Source: Myxococcota bacterium
Lineage (GTDB): Bacteria > Myxococcota_A > UBA796 > CAJQPC01
Reading direction: 5' to 3'
NCBI GenBank assembly: GCA_036012755.1
Contig: DASCPX010000127.1
Span: forward strand, 1-64,000
Length of the DNA stretch: 64,000 nt
Part shown: piece by piece, positions 57,390 through 64,000 of the stretch
Numbering within the stretch: the first letter of the stretch is position 1
Layout of the letters: each line of letters begins with the position of its first letter
Translations under genes and position numbers: made by a program
Notes under the pieces: generated by a model
Database searches by the model: none
Told to the model about the DNA's origin: nothing
What the model saw: the letters and a program-made list of their open reading frames with translations, nothing else

Positions 57390-58820
57390 ATGGTGAGCTG
57401 GCTCGCGGTCCCGCTGGTCGAGTGGCTCTTTGGCCTCGGCGCCTGGTCCCGCCCCGACACGCACGCCTTCCTCGTAGAGTCCCTCGGCTGGCTCGCCCTC
57501 GGTCTGCTCCATCGACGCGTCGCCAAGGAAGGCTGGGCCGCCTCGTTGGCCTGGGCCCCGGTGTTGTTGGTGTGGGCCTTCGTCGCTCGCTGGTCGTGGG
57601 TCGCCGGGGCCATCGGGCTTCCGGTGATGGTCGTGTTGGTGCGCGTGCTCGACGACGGCCTCCGTCGCTGGCCGGTCCTGCTGGTCCCGCTCCTGCTCGT
57701 CTCCGGCGGGACCGCGCGGCTCGTCGAGCTTGCCGCTGCGCCGGTGGCCGATCCTCTCGGAGAGCTGTGGCACCAGCTGCCTGATCGCAGGGTGGAGTCG
57801 ATCTCGGCCCCGCCGATCGTCCTGATCACCGTCGACACCCTGAGGGCGGACTCCCAGGCGACGATGGCGGCGTACAAGCGCTTCCCCGTGCGCTGGGACC
57901 ACGCCCTGTCGACCTCGTCGTGGACCGTGCCCGCCTTGGCGTCGGCACACACGGGCCTCCTCCCCGACGAGCACGGTTCCGGACGAGGAGCGTCGGGCTT
58001 CACCGCGATCCGGGCCGATGTGCCCACCCTCGCCGAGCTCCTGGAGGGCGAGGGCTACACGACGGCCGCCTTCGTCGCCAACCCCTTCGCCTCACGGCAG
58101 CTGGGCCTCGCCCGGGGGTTCGCGCGCTGGGACAACCCCGACGAGAACGCCCCCCACGGCTACGCGCTCATCGGCGGGGTCGAGGGTGACCCGCGGGACG
58201 CGACGCAGGTGGTCGACCGCGCCCTGACCTGGCTCGAGACGGACGCCCCGGAGCGCGGCTTCTTCCTGTGGGTCCACCTCATGGACCCACACTGGCCCTA
58301 CCTCGACCTCGGCCCCGAGGAGCTGCCTCGCCTGGTTCGGAAGGGAGAGACCCAGCTCTCCAAAAAGGACCGCCAGCGCTTCCGGCTCTTCTACGACGCG
58401 GAGGTCGAGCACGCCGACGCGGAGCTCCTGCGCCTGGTCCGGGGGCTGGAGGGCCACGGAGTCTTCGAAGGCGGCGTGCTGGTCCTGACCAGTGATCACG
58501 GCGAGGAGTTCTGGGAGCGCGGCGGCTGGGAGCACGGCCACGGCCACCAGCCAGAGGTCGTGGACATCGCCATCGGACTGTCCGCCCCGGGCTGGGAGCC
58601 CGCAGCGCGCACTGACACGGCGTCGCTGATCGACATCTTCGCCTGGGTGCGCGGCACGCCAACTCGGCCGGAGCGGGTCGTACAGGGGACCCTCTACGGG
58701 CCACAGCTCGAGACCCGGGTGGAGGGCTCGGTCCGCACGACAACCGGGTGGTCAGGAGTGGACGGCTCGGCGGTGGACGTGAACGAGGAGGCCCTGAGGA
58801 GGCTCGGCTACCTGGACTGA
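57390..58820 (+). CDS. Membrane-anchored sulfatase-like (alkaline phosphatase superfamily) protein
   Basis: N-terminal TMs; LITVDTLRAD, SSWTVPALAS, WVHLMDPHWPY, TSDHGEEF, HGH, LRRLGYL. Confidence 0.9.
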   Translation: MVSWLAVPLVEWLFGLGAWSRPDTHAFLVESLGWLALGLLHRRVAKEGWAASLAWAPVLLVWAFVARWSWVAGAIGLPVMVVLVRVLDDGLRRWPVLLVPLLLVSGGTARLVELAAAPVADPLGELWHQLPDRRVESISAPPIVLITVDTLRADSQATMAAYKRFPVRWDHALSTSSWTVPALASAHTGLLPDEHGSGRGASGFTAIRADVPTLAELLEGEGYTTAAFVANPFASRQLGLARGFARWDNPDENAPHGYALIGGVEGDPRDATQVVDRALTWLETDAPERGFFLWVHLMDPHWPYLDLGPEELPRLVRKGETQLSKKDRQRFRLFYDAEVEHADAELLRLVRGLEGHGVFEGGVLVLTSDHGEEFWERGGWEHGHGHQPEVVDIAIGLSAPGWEPAARTDTASLIDIFAWVRGTPTRPERVVQGTLYGPQLETRVEGSVRTTTGWSGVDGSAVDVNEEALRRLGYLD

Positions 58821-58826
58821 GCAAGG

Positions 58827-59180
58827 TCAGCATCGAGCACTCCTGCTGTGGTGGGCGACCGTGTCGACGAGGCCCCCGACGCAGACGCAGGGCAGCAAGC
58901 TGAGGATCGCAGCGACCAAGCCGAGCAGCGGATGGAACGCGATGGCCGCGAGGGTGCCGGCGAGGATGGGGGCGCCGACGACACAGAGGGTCACGGCGAG
59001 CCCCCGGTTCCGTCCGGCGGCGCAGCCCATCGCCAGGCCCAACAACGGCACGACGAGCACGCAGACGCCGAAGAAGAGGACCGCGTTCCCCAGGAAGTCG
59101 GAGAAGCCGGGGTAGGAGCAGCCGGCGAAGGCGGTGGAAGGGATGACCAACAAGGGGAGCAGGAGCGTCAGGCGTTTCAT
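58827..59180 (-). CDS. Small hypothetical membrane protein
   Basis: Signal-like leader plus about three hydrophobic segments; ATG 59180. Confidence 0.55.
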   Translation of the reverse strand: MKRLTLLLPLLVIPSTAFAGCSYPGFSDFLGNAVLFFGVCVLVVPLLGLAMGCAAGRNRGLAVTLCVVGAPILAGTLAAIAFHPLLGLVAAILSLLPCVCVGGLVDTVAHHSRSARC

Positions 59181-59221
59181 GCCTCGAGCCTCGCCGGGCC
59201 CCTTGAACACGACGCGACCTC

Positions 59222-62200
59222 TCAGTTGAATCCTGGTTGAACTCCCGCCTTCACCCCCAACATCACTGTCAGCGGCGCCACCGGCCGGGCACCGTAGGGG
59301 CGCCAGGAGCTCGCAGAGGTCCGGGAGCTCAGGTTCGACCCGGTGGCGTAGAGCGTGAAGCGACCCAGCGGCACGTGCAGACCGGCGTCGATCAGCAACA
59401 GGGCAGGGATGTCGGTGTCCGTGACCGGGAAGGTCCCCGCCGTGTCCAACATCCCGCTGCGAGCCGAGGCTCCGAGGGTGAGCGCCGCGCGCGGGTGATC
59501 CAGGGTGAGGCGAGCAGCCCCTGAGTGCTCGGGCACGTAGGGCAGGGAGTCTCCGATCTCGACGACTCCGAACTGGGGGAACTCGGAGGAGAAGCCCGTC
59601 ATGAAGCTCGAGCGGGTCCAGGCGTAGCTCGCGGAGAGCGGGATCTTCAGCTCGATGGGCAGGTTGATGACGAAGCCGCCCGTGAGCTCGGCGCCGTAGA
59701 TGCGCACCTCGCCGCCGTTGAACTCGAGGCCGACCTGGTCGCCGTTGCAGCCGCCCGAGAGCGTGCAGGGGCCGGTCAGGTTGTCGTAGTCGTTGTAGAA
59801 GCCGACGACTTCGAGCTCGCGCTCGGCGCCGTCGAGCCGAGCACCCGCCTCGTAGTTCCAGCTCGTCTCTGCCTCTACCTCCTCAGGCTGGCCGGGAGCC
59901 ACTGGAGAGAAACCACGGTGGACACCAGCGAAGACGTGGAGCTGATCGCCGACGCCATAGAGCGCCCCGAAGCCCGGCAGGACCGTGGTCCGGGTGAGGG
60001 CGGGGGCGGCCTCCGCGCCGACATCCAAGCGCTCACCGCGCACGACCTCGACGCGGGCGCCGGGCAACAGGTGGAGCTCGCCGATGCGCAGGTCTTCGTG
60101 GGCGTGCAGCGCCAGCGCCTGGGCGGTGGCGACGGAGTCCAGGGTCGTCTCCTGGCCGAGGCCGGACTCGACGAGCTCGCCCGAGGCCATGCCGTGAGGG
60201 ACCTCTGTGTGGAGGCGCCGCACGTTGTCGCCGTGAAGACGGGCGCCCAGCTCCAATCGGGAGCTGACGAGATCACCGGGGACGCTCCACGCCGCGGTGC
60301 TCTGGATCCCGAAGGCGTGGAAGGTCCGGTCGTTGGTGCCGATGAGCAGGACCTGGCCGTTGGTGTCCTCCTCGCCGCGCAGGATGGCCATGTAGACCGC
60401 CGCCTGGCCGCTGGTGGGGTCCGCCTCGATCAGGTCGTGCAGCTCCGGCCCGTCCTCGAAGCCGTTGAGCTTCGTCCACGACCGGGTCAGGTAGTGGTGG
60501 TAGGCGACGGTGCGCACCTCGAATGCAGAGGAGGGCTCCGCGTGCCAGGCGAGCTCGACCTGGGTCCGGGACAGGTCCATGAGCCCGGCCCCGCTGGCGG
60601 CATAGCGCCGGTAGGGCGAGGCCTCCAGATCGCTCGCCGTCAAGCCCAGGTAGGTCTCGTGGGAGACCTCGTCGGAGTAGCCCAGCTTCAGCTCCAGGCG
60701 ATGACTCGCCGAGGGCTCGAAGAAGCCCTTGACCATCGCCTCGTTCTTGTCGAAGCCGGTCGGCCCGCCGCCGTCGAGCTCCTTGAAGCCCTCGCTGCGC
60801 AGGTTCACGGCCTCTACCAGCAGCCCGGCGCGCCCTGACGAGAAGCCTCCGTAGGCGTGCACCTTGGTCGTTCCGTAGAGCCCCGCGGCAAGGTCGACCC
60901 GGGCATCGACGTCATCTGGCACGGCTCGTGTGCGCAGGTTGATGGCGCCACCCACGGTGTTCGGACCGTGGCGCGTCGCGGCAGGACCCTTGAAGACCTC
61001 GACCCCGACCAGCCGTGTGCTCATCGGGAAGTAGTAGGCGGATGGGGCGGCGTAGGGCGCTGGCGCGAAGAGCACGCCGTCCTCCATCAGCGTGACCTTC
61101 GCCGAGCGATCCGAGTTCGCGCCGCGCATGCCGATGTTGGGGCGGAGTCCGAAGCCGTCCTCGCTGCGGGTGGTGACCCCGGGCACGCCCTCGAGCACCC
61201 GCTCGATGTTGTCCTGCTCGAGGGCCTCGAGGTCCTCTTCTCCGACGACGTGGGCGCTGCCAGCGACCCGGGGCGTGCCGCGCTCGCCCTCGACGATGAT
61301 CGTCAGGCCGAACTCCTCGTCGTGGTCCTCGTCAGCTCGAGCGAGGCCCGGGACCAGCATCGCCAGGAGCAACAGGGGCAACAGCGCTCGGAAGGGGCCG
61401 AGCCAGGCCGAGATGAGGTTGTCGCCGTGGTTGCGCTCACCCTCTGGCAGGCCGAAGCGCTCACGCGGCTCACCGCTCAGCACCAGGGTGCCGGCGAGAC
61501 GATCCCAGATCGCCAGCCAGGTCCCCATGTTCTTGTGGGCGTCCTCTGGCGTGTGGTGGATCTGGTGCTGGGCCGGGCTGAGGAACCACCGCTCCACCGC
61601 GGGCGGAAAGCGCAGCCAGACGTGGCTGTGGCGCAGGTTGCCGAGGATGATGTTGAGGAAGAGCCCGATGGCCGGAATACCCAGGAGCTGCCAGGGCTCG
61701 GCGCGCTCGCGGAAGACGTAGAAGAAGACCGCCGTGATGCTGCCCGTGGCCAGAACGCCGCGGAGCTCGTAGAGCGCGGACTCCACCGGGTGGTTGCGGT
61801 GGAAGGTGAGCGGGGTGAGCACCTCCGCGCTGTGATGGACCTGGTGGAAGGCCCAGATCCATCCCACCCGATGCGCCAGGTAGTGCAGCACGAAGCGGCT
61901 GAAGTCCCAGCCCACGAACAACACGGCGGTGTAGAGCCCGACCACCAGCCAGGCAGGCCAGTCCGGGGCCTCCAGCACGCCGAAGCGGGCATCGAGCCCC
62001 CGCACGGCGTGGGTAGCCAACAGCCAGGCACCGCCAAGGCCCATGGCGCCGCGCAGCGTCCACAGCAGGCGCCGACCCAGGTAGAGCTGGACATCGAGCC
62101 GGGTGGAAGGGTGCTTCAGCGCAACGAGCAAGGGCGTCCGGTTGAAGACCGCGATGACGACCAGGCTCGCCAGGAGCGCCGGCCACCAGATCCGGCTGGC

Positions 62201-62263
62201 CGGATCGGTCAGCGGAACGAGCAGGCTGGTCCCTACCGAGGAGAGGGCCTCAGTCGTTGTCAC
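59222..62263 (-). CDS. Fusion: sterol desaturase/fatty acid hydroxylase domain + internal signal peptide + FecA-like TonB-dependent receptor
   Basis: His boxes HYLAH, HQVHH, LRHSH, HQIHH; RALLPLLLLAMLVPGLARA/DED; plug EDGFGLRPNIGMRG, LMEDGV..APY..YYFP, VEVFKGP..GGAIN; barrel HRGFSP, ETSWNYEAG, LPYVPE. Confidence 0.9.
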   Translation of the reverse strand: MTTTEALSSVGTSLLVPLTDPASRIWWPALLASLVVIAVFNRTPLLVALKHPSTRLDVQLYLGRRLLWTLRGAMGLGGAWLLATHAVRGLDARFGVLEAPDWPAWLVVGLYTAVLFVGWDFSRFVLHYLAHRVGWIWAFHQVHHSAEVLTPLTFHRNHPVESALYELRGVLATGSITAVFFYVFRERAEPWQLLGIPAIGLFLNIILGNLRHSHVWLRFPPAVERWFLSPAQHQIHHTPEDAHKNMGTWLAIWDRLAGTLVLSGEPRERFGLPEGERNHGDNLISAWLGPFRALLPLLLLAMLVPGLARADEDHDEEFGLTIIVEGERGTPRVAGSAHVVGEEDLEALEQDNIERVLEGVPGVTTRSEDGFGLRPNIGMRGANSDRSAKVTLMEDGVLFAPAPYAAPSAYYFPMSTRLVGVEVFKGPAATRHGPNTVGGAINLRTRAVPDDVDARVDLAAGLYGTTKVHAYGGFSSGRAGLLVEAVNLRSEGFKELDGGGPTGFDKNEAMVKGFFEPSASHRLELKLGYSDEVSHETYLGLTASDLEASPYRRYAASGAGLMDLSRTQVELAWHAEPSSAFEVRTVAYHHYLTRSWTKLNGFEDGPELHDLIEADPTSGQAAVYMAILRGEEDTNGQVLLIGTNDRTFHAFGIQSTAAWSVPGDLVSSRLELGARLHGDNVRRLHTEVPHGMASGELVESGLGQETTLDSVATAQALALHAHEDLRIGELHLLPGARVEVVRGERLDVGAEAAPALTRTTVLPGFGALYGVGDQLHVFAGVHRGFSPVAPGQPEEVEAETSWNYEAGARLDGAERELEVVGFYNDYDNLTGPCTLSGGCNGDQVGLEFNGGEVRIYGAELTGGFVINLPIELKIPLSASYAWTRSSFMTGFSSEFPQFGVVEIGDSLPYVPEHSGAARLTLDHPRAALTLGASARSGMLDTAGTFPVTDTDIPALLLIDAGLHVPLGRFTLYATGSNLSSRTSASSWRPYGARPVAPLTVMLGVKAGVQPGFN

Positions 62264-63362
62264 CGCTGGCTTCCCCGGGGACGGTCAGGACCAGGACGGT
62301 CACGAGGTCCCCCTTCAGGATGTCGGTGACGCCCTTCAAGGCCGCGTGCAGCGCCTCGACCTGTTCGGGCTGGGACTCGATGAGCTCGTCGAGGGGACCC
62401 TCGAGCCCCGCGGCGACGGCGATGGCGGCGTCGGTGTTGGCGAGGACCTCGTCGGAGAGGTCCCCGTGACCGATCTCTGCGAGGAGGTCGTCCATGCCGG
62501 CGCCCTCCCCTCCCGAGAAGAGCTCGCGGAAGCCGTCGAGGTTGGCCTCGATGGCGTCCACGCCGATGCCCGAGGCGAGGAGCTCGACGTCCTCGGCGCA
62601 GGTCGCCTCGCCGCAGTCGGAGAGACCCAGTGGCTTGGCCAGCTTCTCGTCCTTTGAGACCAGCTCGAGGTAGAAGAGCGCCGCGAAGACCTCGTCGAGG
62701 GCAGCTGGCTCGTAGCCAGCGGCCCAGCGCCCATCGAGCGCGGCTGCCTGCTGTCGAACACCGCCAGCGAGGGCGACGGCGAAGGCCGCGCGGTTTTCGT
62801 CCACCCCCTCGGACCCCAGCGCAGCCCAGTCCTCGTCGATGCCGACCTGGCTCGGACAGACCGTCTCCTCACCGGCGTAGAGCAGGTGCTCGAGCGCGTC
62901 CATGCCGTAGCTGTTCACGAGGTTCGCCTCGTAGAAGTCCCCCGCGTCCCACTCCTCTTCGACGGTCTCCTGGTCGACCCGGCAACCGTTCACGGTCGGC
63001 CAGGAGTAGATCTCGTCTCGGAGATCCTCGCCCCCGACCACCGTGACCGAGCTCCCCGCCGGTCCGACCTGCTGGACCTCCAGCTCCTCCCAGACGAGCA
63101 TCGCCGCGGTCCACGCGGGTCGGGCGTCCTCGCGAGCCCCGCCCGCCTGCCAGGAGGCCAGCGCCGAGTCGAGCTCGTCGAGCGAGGAGTCGAAGTCCGC
63201 CAGCGAAGGACGGACCACCTCTGGTCCCACAGCAGCGAGCGCCTCCGCCAGAAGGACATCAAGCGCGCCGCTGTCATCCCCACCCCTGGTGCAGGCCTGG
63301 GCTACCGCCAGGGCGCCCAGGATCCCGAGGAGCAGCCAGGAGCTACCAGCCGCCCTGGCCAC
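62250..63362 (-). CDS. Imelysin-family (peptidase M75/IrpA-like) lipoprotein
   Basis: Leader ending AQAC; W..LE..QVGPA, IYSWP, GMDALEHLLY, KDEKLAKPLG, C-terminal GDND; start GTG 63362 or ATG 63401. Confidence 0.82.
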   Translation of the reverse strand: MARAAGSSWLLLGILGALAVAQACTRGGDDSGALDVLLAEALAAVGPEVVRPSLADFDSSLDELDSALASWQAGGAREDARPAWTAAMLVWEELEVQQVGPAGSSVTVVGGEDLRDEIYSWPTVNGCRVDQETVEEEWDAGDFYEANLVNSYGMDALEHLLYAGEETVCPSQVGIDEDWAALGSEGVDENRAAFAVALAGGVRQQAAALDGRWAAGYEPAALDEVFAALFYLELVSKDEKLAKPLGLSDCGEATCAEDVELLASGIGVDAIEANLDGFRELFSGGEGAGMDDLLAEIGHGDLSDEVLANTDAAIAVAAGLEGPLDELIESQPEQVEALHAALKGVTDILKGDLVTVLVLTVPGEASGDND

Positions 63363-63999
63363 TGTCGTCTCCGAGGTTGGCAGGATCGAAGCCGTAGGCA
63401 TCGGCGATCAGCCCGCGGGCCTCCAGCAGATCCGCGACGTAGGCCTCGCGGACCTCGACCGGGGAGTCGGAGAGCACCGGAGCGATCCCCACCAGCTCGT
63501 GCAGGGCGGCGATGTCCGGATCGGTGATCTGGGAGCGTGGGTTGAACTGCAGCGAGAGCGCGAAGCCCTTCATCTCCGACCAGTGCTTGGCGTGGTCCTC
63601 GAAGGAGTAGTCGTCGCTGCCGATGCTCTCTGTGTCGACGATCACCTCGTTGACGTAGTGGACGACCGTAGAGGAGACCGACCTCTCCCAGGCGTCGATG
63701 GCCTCGTCGCGATGGCCCCGCAGCTCCTCCAGCTCATCCGCCGTCAGCTGGCGCCCGGAGCTCTCGGACAGCAGGGCACGTCCGGCGACGAAGCTCTCGA
63801 AGGCCTGGGCGCTGTAGTCCGTGCCGGAGACGCTGCCGAGGTCCCGCTTGGCGGCGTTGACGGAGTAGCCCCAGTTGTACTCGGCGGTCAGGTCGATGAA
63901 GCCGTCACCGTCGACGTCCTTGTAGCCAGGAGACTTGATCTCCTCGTCACTCCAGTCGCCGTAGGTCCGGGCCGCGCCGAAGTAGCCGAAGCCCTCGTC
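63343..63999 (-). CDS. DUF4856-like protein (C-terminal part; 5' end beyond window)
   Basis: Frame open to window edge; DEGFGYFGAARTY, VNAAKRD, VVHYVNE, AKHWSEMKGFALSLQFNPRS. Confidence 0.75.
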   Translation of the reverse strand, partial: DEGFGYFGAARTYGDWSDEEIKSPGYKDVDGDGFIDLTAEYNWGYSVNAAKRDLGSVSGTDYSAQAFESFVAGRALLSESSGRQLTADELEELRGHRDEAIDAWERSVSSTVVHYVNEVIVDTESIGSDDYSFEDHAKHWSEMKGFALSLQFNPRSQITDPDIAALHELVGIAPVLSDSPVEVREAYVADLLEARGLIADAYGFDPANLGDDSGQGGW

Positions 64000-64000
64000 C

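Noticed and set aside
4223..62329. Long antisense and alternate-frame ORFs (e.g. 4223-7045, 7710-9899, 11767-14319, 24765-26792, 30207-32447)
   Set aside because: Shadow ORFs expected at high GC; they overlap well-supported genes and show no motifs.

Overview
High-GC bacterial chromosomal segment whose gene content points to Myxococcota or a related lineage (TIGR02266-type PilZ, GltC/GltA/CglB-like genes, MopE-repeat lipoprotein). It is a dense cell-envelope and motility region. It holds: a large OmpA-type protein cut by the left edge; tolQRAB without pal; a ~20 kb minus-strand run pilMNOPQ-aroK-aroB-lipoprotein-aroQ-accB-accC-TPR(SgmX-like)-tRNA-Gly-tamB-Omp85-GT-C; a minor pilin/pilY1 operon with a clear sigma-54 promoter and tandem upstream sites beside an orphan NtrC/PilR-type activator; glycosyltransferases; and a cglB-gltA-gltC-like gliding module. 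At the right edge is a putative iron-uptake operon (DUF4856-like, imelysin-like) whose last gene fuses a His-box fatty-acid-hydroxylase/desaturase domain, through an internal signal peptide, to a complete TonB-dependent receptor. That fusion is the most unusual element. Also notable are two back-to-back leaderless promoter pairs and a TCGA-core tandem repeat array. No mobile elements, CRISPR or rRNA were seen. All family calls come from motif recognition by eye; no searches were run.
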